From Pectobacterium phage Koroua, in sequence record PQ008972.1: a DNA stretch of 32,000 bases; one strand, 5' to 3'. Of the stretch, positions 8,180 to 17,582 are shown piece by piece. Every line of letters begins with the position of its first letter. The first letter of the stretch is position 1. The notes under the pieces are model-generated. The model saw only the letters and a list, made by a program, of their open reading frames with translations, had not been told where the DNA came from and made no database searches. Position numbers and translations under genes: made by a program.

Positions 8180-8255
8180 GGCCCCTTAGCTCAGTGGTTA
8201 GAGCAGGCGACTCATAATCGCTTGGTCGCTGGTTCAAGTCCAGCAGGGGCCACCA
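8180..8255 (+). tRNA. tRNA with CAU anticodon, best read as tRNA-Ile2 (AUA-decoding after lysidine modification)
   Basis: Complete cloverleaf with encoded CCA: acceptor GGCCCCT/AGGGGCC, D stem GCTC/GAGC, anticodon stem GGCGA/TCGCT with loop CTCATAA, T-arm GCTGG-TTCAAGT-CCAGC. From memory it closely matches the E. coli ileX/ileY type. Confidence 0.93.
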
Positions 8256-8366
8256 AATAGGCTTTCATGGTAATAAACTCTCTTCACTACCGGTTCAGAT
8301 ACTGGGTTAAATGGATAGGATTTGAATCGGCGTTCTATAAACTAAAGTCTGAAAACAGGTGCAAAC

Positions 8367-9083
8367 ATGCCATTAGATTTCATCATCAAAGCAGAAGGTT
8401 TCAACGCACTAGCTGAACCGCTGCAAAAGCTATACGAAAAGCAGGCTGACGGGAATTATCAGCTATCGGTTAATGGCGTTCCGCAGGGTAATCAATCCGA
8501 AGTTGACGCGCTGAAAAAGCAGGTCGCAGAGCTTATTGCTGCTGGTGAAACATCGGAAAAGGCAGCGAAAGAAGCGGCTAAACAGGCCAAGATTGCTCTT
8601 GACGAAAAGGCGCGCAAAGATGGTGACGTAGCGGCGCTGGAAAAGTCATGGCAGGAAAAGCTGGATGCTCAGAAAGCTGAGTATGAAACAAAGCTGGGTG
8701 TTTCTGACGGTCAGTTGAAAACGATGCTGATCGACAACTACGCTGATGCACTGGCGCGTGAATTGGCTGGTGAGTCTGCCAGCGTAATTCTTCCTCACGT
8801 TAAATCACGTCTTGAGCTTGGCACCGACGACAACGGCCAGTACGTTACCCGCATTACGAAAGACGGTAAGCCATCAGCGCTGACTCGTGATGACCTAAAG
8901 AAAGAGTTTGCAGAGAATAAAACCTACGCACCAATCCTGGTCGGCAGTCAGGGCGCGGGGTCTGGCGGCGGTCTGCGTAATACCGAAACCACGATTAAAC
9001 CTAACGATTCCGGCGTAACCAGTCTATCAGGTAACAGCCTGCAAGCGCGTGCTGCGCAAATAGCCAGCGGCGTATCCAGTTAA
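8367..9083 (+). CDS. Capsid scaffolding protein
   Basis: 238 aa, Lys/Ala/Glu-rich coiled coil (ALEKSWQEKLDAQKAEYETKLG), directly before the capsid gene. Confidence 0.8.
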   Translation: MPLDFIIKAEGFNALAEPLQKLYEKQADGNYQLSVNGVPQGNQSEVDALKKQVAELIAAGETSEKAAKEAAKQAKIALDEKARKDGDVAALEKSWQEKLDAQKAEYETKLGVSDGQLKTMLIDNYADALARELAGESASVILPHVKSRLELGTDDNGQYVTRITKDGKPSALTRDDLKKEFAENKTYAPILVGSQGAGSGGGLRNTETTIKPNDSGVTSLSGNSLQARAAQIASGVSS

Positions 9084-9100
9084 GCAACATCGATTCAATC

Positions 9101-9124
9101 AAAAGGGGCTAAAGCCCCTTTTTT
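9101..9124 (+). terminator. Intrinsic terminator between scaffold and capsid genes
   Basis: AAAGGGGC-TAAA-GCCCCTTTTTT. Confidence 0.75.
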
Positions 9125-9196
9125 GTTGCAGTAAATAATCATCAGGTATAGTATGAATTCGTGTAAATTTACGCTATCGATTTTAAGGGGTCTATA

Positions 9197-10267
9197 ATGG
9201 CTTATGTCGTATTTGACAACAAACTCGTGCAAACCACTACACAGCTGGTTCATGAGATTCTACAAGTGTTTAACCAGAACTCTAACGGGTGCGTGTTGCT
9301 GACTAACGATGCAATCCTGAAAGACTACACTGAAACCGTGTCACTCGGACTGATCGACAATCTGGTAACCGACCGTAACGCATACGCGGCACCAGGAACG
9401 AAAGTTGATGTGAAAGTGCTTGCGCAGTTGCTGACCAACTCAGTTAACTTATCTGCGAAAGTCGGCCCTGTCACCCTGCCTGATGCTATCACTAAAAAGA
9501 TCGGCACAGACATGGACGCGGCGGCGGCAGCAATCGCAGCACAGGCGGCACAAGCTATCCTGATTCGTTACATTAACTCAGGTTTCGGCGCAGCAGCAGC
9601 GGCAATCGGTTCAAACTCTGCGATGATTTACACGCAGCCTGAAAACGATATCAAGCCGTATGGCTCCAAATTCCCCACACTGGAAGATTTCGCGCTGGCG
9701 AAAATCCCTCTAGGTGACCAGCAAGCAATGTTGCGACTCTGGGGTATGTCCGGCGCTCAATGGCTGACATTCCAAGCGCGTGAAGCGATCAAGTCTGCGA
9801 AACTGGTATTTGAGCTGGAAAACATGCGCATCTTCGGTGATGGTCTGGGAAGCAACTTCCTTGTATCTGATGCCGTAGGTTCAGCAATCGGCGCTGATAC
9901 GCTGATCGGTTTGACGCCTGAAGCAGTTATCATGAAGCAATCCGGACTTGATATGCGCGTTCGCGATAATGGCACGGAGGAAGAAAACTTCCGCCGTACG
10001 TGGAAAGGCGAATTCGATTACAGCGTAGCTGTGAAAGGCTACAAACTGAAAGATACCGTCATCGCCGCAGCTAAAGCCGTTCCGCGCTCCTTCACCACGG
10101 CAGATATCACGAACACTGCGAACTGGGAAAAAGACAAGGGTTCAGTCGGTATCGCCCACGTTGACAATACTGGCGCAGCGCAGGCCGCACCTGTTCGCGC
10201 AAACAAAGAAACTGCTGGCGTGCTAATCAAGCTCACCGCTACCGCAGCAGAAGATACTGGTGGTTGA
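9197..10267 (+). CDS. Major capsid protein
   Basis: 356 aa after scaffold; typical composition and position (VTDRNAYAAPGTKVDVKVLAQL...). Confidence 0.82.
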   Translation: MAYVVFDNKLVQTTTQLVHEILQVFNQNSNGCVLLTNDAILKDYTETVSLGLIDNLVTDRNAYAAPGTKVDVKVLAQLLTNSVNLSAKVGPVTLPDAITKKIGTDMDAAAAAIAAQAAQAILIRYINSGFGAAAAAIGSNSAMIYTQPENDIKPYGSKFPTLEDFALAKIPLGDQQAMLRLWGMSGAQWLTFQAREAIKSAKLVFELENMRIFGDGLGSNFLVSDAVGSAIGADTLIGLTPEAVIMKQSGLDMRVRDNGTEEENFRRTWKGEFDYSVAVKGYKLKDTVIAAAKAVPRSFTTADITNTANWEKDKGSVGIAHVDNTGAAQAAPVRANKETAGVLIKLTATAAEDTGG

Positions 10268-10289
10268 TTAGCCACATTAGCGATAAGAT

Positions 10290-10314
10290 AGCCCCGTTAA
10301 TCGGGGCTTTTTTA
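10290..10314 (+). terminator. Intrinsic terminator after major capsid gene
   Basis: AGCCCCG-TTAAT-CGGGGCT followed by a T run. Confidence 0.75.
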
Positions 10315-10325
10315 TAGGATAAATT

Positions 10326-10760
10326 ATGATAGGCAGCACTGATGGTCTAATAGCATTTGCATCTGAGCGGGGCATAACCATATCGGAAACTCAAGCGCCG
10401 ATATATCTGCGTGTGGCTAATGATTATCTTGATGGATTGAAATGGAAAGGCACACCATCAGAAGCAAATCAAGATGATATCTTCCCGCGTGAAATCAATG
10501 GAGCAACTGTAACGGAGCCTAAAGGCGTAACCAAAGCGGCTTATCGCCTAGCGATGTGCGTTGCTGATGATATCGATCTTGAACCAGTTGTCGCAGGGCC
10601 TCAGATAATTCAGGAAAGCATTTCCGGTGCGACGAGTACGACTTATTCAGAAGCGTGGATAGGTGCAGCGCCTAATTTCCCTTGGCTAGATTCTCTGGTC
10701 GGCGAATGGGTTGATGGCAGCATCGGCGCATCAGTTAACTTCAGAATATATCGGGGGTAA
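10326..10760 (+). CDS. Head-tail connector/adaptor protein
   Basis: 144 aa in the connector position after the capsid gene. Confidence 0.6.
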   Translation: MIGSTDGLIAFASERGITISETQAPIYLRVANDYLDGLKWKGTPSEANQDDIFPREINGATVTEPKGVTKAAYRLAMCVADDIDLEPVVAGPQIIQESISGATSTTYSEAWIGAAPNFPWLDSLVGEWVDGSIGASVNFRIYRG

Positions 10761-10762
10761 TC

Positions 10763-11122
10763 GTGGCTAAATATGATTACGCAGGCGCGGAAAAGCGAGC
10801 AAGAAAGCAAATCGACAGATACGGAACAAAATACGAAGGCGTGCGGCCCGCTTATGTTTATCGAGACGAGAGCGGCAAGGAAGTAAAAGTGCCGCAGGGA
10901 ACCGTATCAGCCGTAGGTCTTCCGGTTGATTTTGGATTCGCTGAGTATCAAAACTTAGGCGTGTCCGTTGGTGATGTTAAATTCATCTGCTATAGCGATG
11001 ATGTGTTGAAGGTCGGCGACAGGTTCACGCTGCTGGGTAAAACGTTCAGGATAAAAGATCCCCGACCAGTAGCACCTGGCGGTTCAACCATCGTTTATCG
11101 CTGTCACATGACGGGGGTCTAA
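10763..11122 (+). CDS. Head closure/connector-like protein
   Basis: 119 aa; position in the head-tail joining module. Confidence 0.5.
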   Translation: MAKYDYAGAEKRARKQIDRYGTKYEGVRPAYVYRDESGKEVKVPQGTVSAVGLPVDFGFAEYQNLGVSVGDVKFICYSDDVLKVGDRFTLLGKTFRIKDPRPVAPGGSTIVYRCHMTGV

Positions 11123-11730
11123 TGGCATTCGTCGGCCCGAAACAGAATACAAATTTCGGCCTTAGCGTCAGAAAATGGGCTGAGCATGTCAAAGAACGTC
11201 AGGAGGAAGTAACAAGGCTGGCTGTGTTCAAAGTTTTCGCCAGAATCATTGAGCGTTCGCCTGTCGGTAACCCTGACTTGTGGGAATCACTGGATAACCC
11301 ACGAGCCATACGATACAACCAAGCAGTATCTGATTACAATGACGCATTACGACAGGACGCCAGTAATCTAACGAAGAACGGCAGATTAAAGCGCGGCCTG
11401 AAAGTGAATGACAGTATGGAAGTGAAAAAACCGGATGGGTACACTGGTGGTCGTTTCCGTGCAAACTGGCAAGTTGGGATCGACAACATCCCTACCGGAC
11501 AAATTGAAGCAGTAGATCCGTCAGGTTCAAAAACTACAGCGGCGGCGTTAAGCGTATTAAGCACATTCAAAGTTGGCACCACTCAGCGGATATATTTCGT
11601 TAATAACCTGCCGTATGGTTACCCACTTGAGTATGAAGGTCACTCAAAGCAAGCCCCCGCTGGCATGGTTCGCATATCATGTATTGAGTTTGATAATTTT
11701 GTTAAAGAGGCTTTAGGCGAGGTTAAATGA
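11122..11730 (+). CDS. HK97 gp10-like neck/tail-completion protein
   Basis: 202 aa; VFKVFARIIERSPVGNPDL...GGRFRANW...YFVNNLPYGYPLEYEGHSKQAPAGMVR. Confidence 0.7.
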   Translation: MAFVGPKQNTNFGLSVRKWAEHVKERQEEVTRLAVFKVFARIIERSPVGNPDLWESLDNPRAIRYNQAVSDYNDALRQDASNLTKNGRLKRGLKVNDSMEVKKPDGYTGGRFRANWQVGIDNIPTGQIEAVDPSGSKTTAAALSVLSTFKVGTTQRIYFVNNLPYGYPLEYEGHSKQAPAGMVRISCIEFDNFVKEALGEVK

Positions 11731-12155
11731 AAAATTCAGTAATAAACGAAGCTTTTGATGCCGTTTTATCACGTTTTGCTGATGATAATAATTGGCAAGT
11801 TCTATGGCCTAATGTTGATGAACCGGATTTGACGCCGCCGTTTCTCATCCCTGATCTGCTGGTTGCAACGCCGAACCAATTCGGCATGCAGGATGATGCG
11901 CGGATGCTGCGCGGGATCTATCAGGTTCGTGTTATCACCGGATCAGGATCCGGCGTGGGTGATGCGCTGGCGGCTAGTGAGGCTATTGAACAGGTATTTA
12001 ATGATGCGTTCCTGCCTAATGATAATTCCCCTGGTGTGGTGACTGCTGATGGCGTGATATCGCTTCAATTCAAGGCTTATAGCGGCACTGGTTTTCGTGG
12101 TGAATTGGGTTATACTATTCCTGTTTCTATGCAATATACAGCCAATGGGGGCTAA
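11727..12155 (+). CDS. Tail terminator/completion protein
   Basis: 142 aa with ATGA overlap; RGIYQVRVITGSGSG and position before the tail tube gene. Confidence 0.65.
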   Translation: MKNSVINEAFDAVLSRFADDNNWQVLWPNVDEPDLTPPFLIPDLLVATPNQFGMQDDARMLRGIYQVRVITGSGSGVGDALAASEAIEQVFNDAFLPNDNSPGVVTADGVISLQFKAYSGTGFRGELGYTIPVSMQYTANGG

Positions 12156-12156
12156 A

Positions 12157-12816
12157 ATGGGCTATCAGCTACCGAACGGTTCGACTGTTCAAATCTCAAA
12201 AACGTTTGGTGATGCGGTTAATATCACTGGTGCGACAAACGCAACTGAAACCGTATTAACGCTGGCGTCTGTTCCTGCTGGTCTGGCGGTTGGTGATGTC
12301 GTTTTGATTACCGGCACGTGGCTTGGTTTGCACAATCTGGCCTGTAAAGTGAAAACTATTGTTGATGAAGATGTCACGCTTCGCGCCGTCGACACAACTG
12401 ATACAGAATCATACACGCCAGGATCAATGGTAGGGACGCTCCAAAAAGTCTCAGCATTTATCGACTATCCGTATATTACTGACGTGGCAAAAGCAGGCGG
12501 CGACCAGCAGTTCGCAACGTTCCAGCCCTTGCAGGCGGATAAGCAGATCCAGCTGAACACGTACAAGAACCCCGTGTCTCACACGTTCACGTTTACGCAT
12601 GACTCAGCCGATGAAATTCGTCCGGTGCTGACAGAAGCGGATAAAGAGCAGTCGATTCAGGTCGTGCGTATTTTCAATAAGCGTGCGAAAGAAGAACGAC
12701 TTTATTCCGCGCAAGTGTCATTCGATCCTATTCCATCAATGGCACCTAACAACGTTGAAGTCGTGATTTCCGTGCTGAACTTGCAAAGCGACATGATGTT
12801 TTACAAGACGACTTAA
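12157..12816 (+). CDS. Major tail (tube) protein
   Basis: 219 aa from the in-frame ATG at 12157 (MGYQLPNGSTVQISKTFGDAV...); the upstream track extension overlaps the previous gene. Confidence 0.78.
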   Translation: MGYQLPNGSTVQISKTFGDAVNITGATNATETVLTLASVPAGLAVGDVVLITGTWLGLHNLACKVKTIVDEDVTLRAVDTTDTESYTPGSMVGTLQKVSAFIDYPYITDVAKAGGDQQFATFQPLQADKQIQLNTYKNPVSHTFTFTHDSADEIRPVLTEADKEQSIQVVRIFNKRAKEERLYSAQVSFDPIPSMAPNNVEVVISVLNLQSDMMFYKTT

Positions 12817-12842
12817 CAGTCAATATCAGTGATGATATGATG

Positions 12843-12868
12843 AACCCGCCGATATTGGCGGGTTTTTT
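12843..12868 (+). terminator. Intrinsic terminator after tail tube gene
   Basis: AACCCGCC-GATATT-GGCGGGTTTTTT. Confidence 0.78.
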
Positions 12869-12885
12869 ATTTCAGAGGGTATGTC

Positions 12886-13248
12886 ATGGTAGCTAAATTC
12901 ACACTCAAGAAGAATCCCACGTTCAAAGCAAAAGTAAGCATTTCACGGCCAGGTGAAGAAGATGGGGAACTGGAAGTCACCTACAAACACCTTTCTCAAA
13001 AGCAGTTTCAGGCCGTGTCTAAGCCTTTTCAGGATAAGCTGGCTAAACTGAATGAAGATGAGGGAGACAATCAGGAAGAGATCCTTAAGCTCATGGCCGG
13101 ATATATCATGGATATTGCTGAAGGTTGGGAACTGGACGACGAATTCTCGCATGAGGTTATCGTTGGCATGATTGGAGATTACCCGCGGTCATTCGACGCA
13201 ATCACATCAGCATATCAACGTGAAATTTGGGGTCTGCGTCAAAAGTAA
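12886..13248 (+). CDS. Tail assembly chaperone (G-like)
   Basis: 120 aa between tube and tape measure; KQFQAVSKPFQDK...EIWGLRQK. Confidence 0.7.
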   Translation: MVAKFTLKKNPTFKAKVSISRPGEEDGELEVTYKHLSQKQFQAVSKPFQDKLAKLNEDEGDNQEEILKLMAGYIMDIAEGWELDDEFSHEVIVGMIGDYPRSFDAITSAYQREIWGLRQK

Positions 13249-13559
13249 TTCAGGCCGCAGCAAGGGGATTTTTCAAGCCTACCCCGCCGATGGATTTCAT
13301 TCGTGAATTCGGCGGAGATCTTGATGATTATCTGCCTGAATGCGATATACACCCTGATTTTGAACAGGCATTCGATTTATTCTGTTCTCTGGCGACACAA
13401 TGGCGGGTGGCATTCGGCGGGGCTGTAGGTCTGGATTATAATGTGATCCCCATGATGGCCACGCTGAGAGGCGTTGAGTTGACAAAAGAAATAATGGACG
13501 ATTTGCAGATCATGGAAATGGCGGCGCTACATCAAATAAAAGAGAATCAGGCGGAATAA
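13227..13559 (+). CDS. Second tail assembly chaperone ORF (GT-like, DUF1799-type)
   Basis: 110 aa overlapping the G-like ORF in the -1 frame; AFDLFCSLATQWRVAFGGAVGLDYNVIPMMA. Predicted start is TTG. Confidence 0.7.
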   Translation: MGSASKVIQAAARGFFKPTPPMDFIREFGGDLDDYLPECDIHPDFEQAFDLFCSLATQWRVAFGGAVGLDYNVIPMMATLRGVELTKEIMDDLQIMEMAALHQIKENQAE

Positions 13560-16441
13560 TGGCAGACAATACCGAACGACTTATAGTTGAGGCTGATGTA
13601 AGCAGCCTAGACACTGGCGCAAAGGCGCTTGATAGTTTCGTGGAGAAAGCCGATTCCGCTGGCGCTGCTGCTGATGATTTATCGTCTAAAGGTAAGCGGT
13701 TAACGGATGTATTCGGCCCTGCTAGTGTGGCCGCCGAATCCGCTGCAAAATCTACCGAAACATTCGGTGATAGCGCCGGACGTTCCACGCAGTACGTGGA
13801 TAAAATGGGATTCTCCCTTGCTGATGCTGCAAAACAGTTCGGTGGCGTGGGTGGGTCGGCTTCAAAATCAGCAGATGATTTGCGGAAGCTATTAGCAAAC
13901 ATAGATCCGGTAAACGCAAAGTTAAATCAGCTTGATGATCAATTATCTGAGCTGAATAAATTCAAGGCTAGCGGTCTGATCGACGAATCCACATTCCGTG
14001 ATTACGCGTCTATGATAGAACGCTCACGGCAAAGAATAATTCCATTCAATAATGAAATGGAAAAGACAGCGCGAGTAACCAGAGCTTCCACATCTGAAGC
14101 AAGAAGATTTCAGACAGCAGTTGCAGGAATAGCCCCGCAATTAACAGATATTGTCATCGGTCTTCAGGGTGGTCAAAATCCATTTACTGTGTTTCTCCAG
14201 CAGGGTGGGCAAATCCGCGATCAATTGGGAATGTTGCGCGTTTCATTCAAAGATGTTGCGATGGCTATCGGTCCGACGATTTTAACGCTTGGCACGGCTA
14301 TCGGGACTATCGTTGCGTTGGGTGCAGCAGCCTACCAGAGCGGGCGGCAGTTTGATGCAATGGCATCATCCATCATCTCAATGGGCGGGCAGGGTTTTAA
14401 AACCATTGATGAGATGAGGACAGCGGCGGTTGAGGTCGGAAATAGTGTGAATGAGGCTAGCAGCAAAATAACCGATATGCTGATCGAGCTTCAGGAACGC
14501 GGAAACCTGTCAGTCAATGCGATGAAAGAGATCGTGAAGACCGCCGCGCTAGCGGGTCAGGCTGGCCGTGACGCTGACAAATTAACCGAAGCGTTGGCGA
14601 AGGTCGGTAAAGATCCAATAAAAGGCATTGCTGAGCTTAACGAGCAATACGGAATTCTTGATGTTAAGCAGATGAAGAACCTCATCAACATTGAGAAAAC
14701 GCAGGGCAAGCAAGCAGCGTCTGATGCAGCGCTAAAAATAGCAACTGACGAGCTGGATAAGCGATTCGAACAAATAATAAAATCCACAGATAATATCGGT
14801 CAATCATGGCTATCAGTGAAAACATTTGCGATGACTGCATTCAGTGAAATCGGCATTTCAATGCGTGCGCTGGGCAACAACATTATCGACATCGGTAAAG
14901 TTATTAAACTGGCATTCCAGACTGTATTTGCCGATATCAACCAGATGTTAATCAGCCTGGATGTAAGCGTTGCTTCCGGTATGCAAACCATGTTGTCAAA
15001 AATACCAGGAGGGCAGCGGCTTTCAGATAGTCTCGGCCTGAATGATTATGTAGCAACGCTAAAAGACAATCGTGAAGTGGCGAAAAGTGAATATGAATTG
15101 CTGCTGAAGGATTATCAGGATGTTCGCGGCAGAATAGATCGGCCAATTTCCGCATATGAGCAGGAGGCAAGGCAAGGATCCGGAGTCACCGGCACTGGGG
15201 CAACGGATAGAGCTAGCCGTGATGCGGTAACCAAATTAGCCGAAGAGAACAAAAAGAACACGAAGGAAAAAAAGGTTCAGGTCGATTATGGAGATCGCCT
15301 TGTTGAGCAGTACCAGCAGCAGGCGACGGCGCTTGATGCGCAGATTGCGACGCTGAAGAACCGCAGCGCATTCGATCAGAACATGTCCGAGCAGATGAAG
15401 AATTATCATCTGTTACAAGCCAGAATAAACAAGCTGGAAGAAATTCAGGCCGACAGCAAAGGTCGCCAATTAACCGCGCAAGAAAAGCAACTGTTAGCGC
15501 AGAAAGATGCAGTTCTTGAGGCGGCAAAGGAAGTTGGCACGCGGGGCGATATTGTTAAACAGATGCAGCGGCAGGCGCAGATATCCGATGAGCTGAAGAA
15601 AAACCACTCGGACATTGACGCTCAGGTAGCGGCTATCCGAGATAGTTGGGGTAAAACCGCAGAGCAAACGGAACGAGCGGTTGCAGCGGCGCAGCGTGCC
15701 GCATCATTGCGTGCTGGCGGGGCTTCTGATAGCCAGATAGCGGAAGATGCTAAAAAACAGACGGAGCTGATCGAGGCGCAGAAATCTAAAAATGCAGATT
15801 GGGTCGGAGGAATGAAAACAGGTCTTGCTGAATGGGCGGAGGCGGCAACAAATTACGCTCAGATAGCGCAGAACGCGATAACATCCGCGATGGATCGAAG
15901 CGCTGATGCAATGACCGAATTTGTAACAACTGGAAAACTTGATTTCAAGAGCTTCACGGCTGACATATTGAAAATGATGGTTCAGATCATTAACCGATGG
16001 TTGATAGTCAGGGCCATTCAGGGAATCGGCGGCGCGTTCGGTTTCAACATGGGCGGATTGACAGCAAATGCGAAAGGCGGGACGTATGACAACTCGCCGT
16101 CATTGAGCGCATACAGTAATCAGGTTGTTTCATCGCCAAAACTGTTCGCCTTTGCTCAAGGCAGTACGGGCCTGATGGGAGAGGCGGGGCCAGAGGCAAT
16201 CATGCCACTCAAAAGAGGGGCAGACGGTAACTTAGGAGTTAGGGTTTCCGGTGCGGGTAATGGCGTAAGCGTCGGCGTGAATGTCACGGTTAACCGTGAC
16301 GACACAATGACATCAAACACCACGTCGGGAGATTCATTAGGCAGGGCGTGGGGCCAAGTTATTTCTGATTCAATAAATCAGGGAATAGAGCGGGCGCTTA
16401 AGCCAGGTGGTTTAATATTTATGTCGCAACAAGCAGCGTGA
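13559..16441 (+). CDS. Tail length tape measure protein
   Basis: 960 aa, long coiled-coil regions, hydrophobic mid region, lambda H-like C-terminal (SLGRAWGQVISDSINQGIERAL). Confidence 0.9.
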   Translation: MADNTERLIVEADVSSLDTGAKALDSFVEKADSAGAAADDLSSKGKRLTDVFGPASVAAESAAKSTETFGDSAGRSTQYVDKMGFSLADAAKQFGGVGGSASKSADDLRKLLANIDPVNAKLNQLDDQLSELNKFKASGLIDESTFRDYASMIERSRQRIIPFNNEMEKTARVTRASTSEARRFQTAVAGIAPQLTDIVIGLQGGQNPFTVFLQQGGQIRDQLGMLRVSFKDVAMAIGPTILTLGTAIGTIVALGAAAYQSGRQFDAMASSIISMGGQGFKTIDEMRTAAVEVGNSVNEASSKITDMLIELQERGNLSVNAMKEIVKTAALAGQAGRDADKLTEALAKVGKDPIKGIAELNEQYGILDVKQMKNLINIEKTQGKQAASDAALKIATDELDKRFEQIIKSTDNIGQSWLSVKTFAMTAFSEIGISMRALGNNIIDIGKVIKLAFQTVFADINQMLISLDVSVASGMQTMLSKIPGGQRLSDSLGLNDYVATLKDNREVAKSEYELLLKDYQDVRGRIDRPISAYEQEARQGSGVTGTGATDRASRDAVTKLAEENKKNTKEKKVQVDYGDRLVEQYQQQATALDAQIATLKNRSAFDQNMSEQMKNYHLLQARINKLEEIQADSKGRQLTAQEKQLLAQKDAVLEAAKEVGTRGDIVKQMQRQAQISDELKKNHSDIDAQVAAIRDSWGKTAEQTERAVAAAQRAASLRAGGASDSQIAEDAKKQTELIEAQKSKNADWVGGMKTGLAEWAEAATNYAQIAQNAITSAMDRSADAMTEFVTTGKLDFKSFTADILKMMVQIINRWLIVRAIQGIGGAFGFNMGGLTANAKGGTYDNSPSLSAYSNQVVSSPKLFAFAQGSTGLMGEAGPEAIMPLKRGADGNLGVRVSGAGNGVSVGVNVTVNRDDTMTSNTTSGDSLGRAWGQVISDSINQGIERALKPGGLIFMSQQAA

Positions 16442-16450
16442 TATACTGAA

Positions 16451-16473
16451 GCCCTCAACAAGAGGGCTTTTTT
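16451..16473 (+). terminator. Intrinsic terminator between tape measure and M-like gene
   Basis: GCCCTC-AACAA-GAGGGC-TTTTTT directly abutting the next ATG. Confidence 0.7.
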
Positions 16474-16830
16474 ATGGCGATAGATCAATGGCGGTGGCCG
16501 CTGCAAATTCAGGGCAATCAAAGCACGCAAGTGAAAGATCGGTTGCGTTCAGTTCAATTCGGTGATGGCTATGATGCAATTACGCCGGAGGGAATCAACT
16601 GGCAACATCGAACGGTGCCGATCATTTTTATGGGTAATAAAAAAGACGCGCTTCAAGTAGAGGCGTTTCTTAATGATCATAAAGTAAGCCCGTTCAAAAT
16701 TGTACCTCCTGGCGGGGTTCTTGGGCTTTATCGGACGCAGAAAGATTCGGTATCACTCACGCCGTCATCATCAAACGTGTTTACAGTTTCGGCGACTATA
16801 GAACAGGCATACGGATTTTATACAGGGTAA
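16474..16830 (+). CDS. Minor tail protein, lambda M-like
   Basis: 118 aa; FGDGYDAITPEGINWQHRTVPIIF. Confidence 0.75.
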   Translation: MAIDQWRWPLQIQGNQSTQVKDRLRSVQFGDGYDAITPEGINWQHRTVPIIFMGNKKDALQVEAFLNDHKVSPFKIVPPGGVLGLYRTQKDSVSLTPSSSNVFTVSATIEQAYGFYTG

Positions 16831-16833
16831 ATC

Positions 16834-17580
16834 ATGGCAATTGTTGATGAAGCGATAAAACCAGATCCGTCAGGGAAAATACTTCTTGTTGAAGTTGACG
16901 GGTCGGCATTCGGTGCGGATATTTTACGATTCCACTATGCGCCGATACCGCACACGCCGGAGGAAATCATTGCGGCTGGTGATGATGTGTCAAAGCTGAC
17001 GCCGAAAAGTATTTGGTGGAATGGCCTTGAGTTCGGATTGTGGCCGTTCAAAATTGAAGACGTTGAAATAACGACTGAGCAGCCGACAGATCCTAATTTA
17101 ACGGTTTCTAATCTGAACGGAACTATCGGCAGCATGTGCCAGGCTTTTGAAGACATGGTCGGCGCGAAAGTGACGATCGTCACAACGTATACCCGATTTC
17201 TTGACGCAGTAAATTTCCCCGATGGGAACCCAAACGCATCACCGTCCGAAGCTTCAGTCCAGCTGTTCTTTGTCGATTCCAAATCATTTTTAGATGGTGA
17301 AGTTGCCACTTTCGTATTGTCAAGCCCTGCGACATATCAGGACAGGACAATACCAACTCGGATTATCTCAGCGTATTGCACCTGGGCGGCTCGTGGTCAA
17401 TACCGAAAATCACCATGCAATTATGCCGGAACGCTGTATTTCGATATCAAGGGGAATCCAGTATCCGATCCGGCCTTGGATAAATGCGGAGGTTGCTTGC
17501 AGGACTGCAAAATGAGATTCGGCAGTTCAGCGGCATTGCCGTTTGGCGGTTTCCCAGCGGCGCAGTTAATAAGGAACTAA
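16834..17580 (+). CDS. Minor tail protein, lambda L-like
   Basis: 248 aa; Cys-bearing C-terminus (YCTWAARGQYRKSPCNYAG...CGGCLQDCKMRFG). Confidence 0.8.
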   Translation: MAIVDEAIKPDPSGKILLVEVDGSAFGADILRFHYAPIPHTPEEIIAAGDDVSKLTPKSIWWNGLEFGLWPFKIEDVEITTEQPTDPNLTVSNLNGTIGSMCQAFEDMVGAKVTIVTTYTRFLDAVNFPDGNPNASPSEASVQLFFVDSKSFLDGEVATFVLSSPATYQDRTIPTRIISAYCTWAARGQYRKSPCNYAGTLYFDIKGNPVSDPALDKCGGCLQDCKMRFGSSAALPFGGFPAAQLIRN

Positions 17581-17582
17581 CC

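Noticed and set aside
9140-9200. Palindrome GTAAATTTAC upstream of the capsid gene as an operator
   Set aside because: Only 10 bp and AT-rich, easily expected by chance; no second copy noted.
13510-13902. 130-aa antisense ORF over the tape measure start
   Set aside because: Low-complexity Ala/Ser translation typical of antisense to a coiled-coil gene; no motif or RBS evidence.
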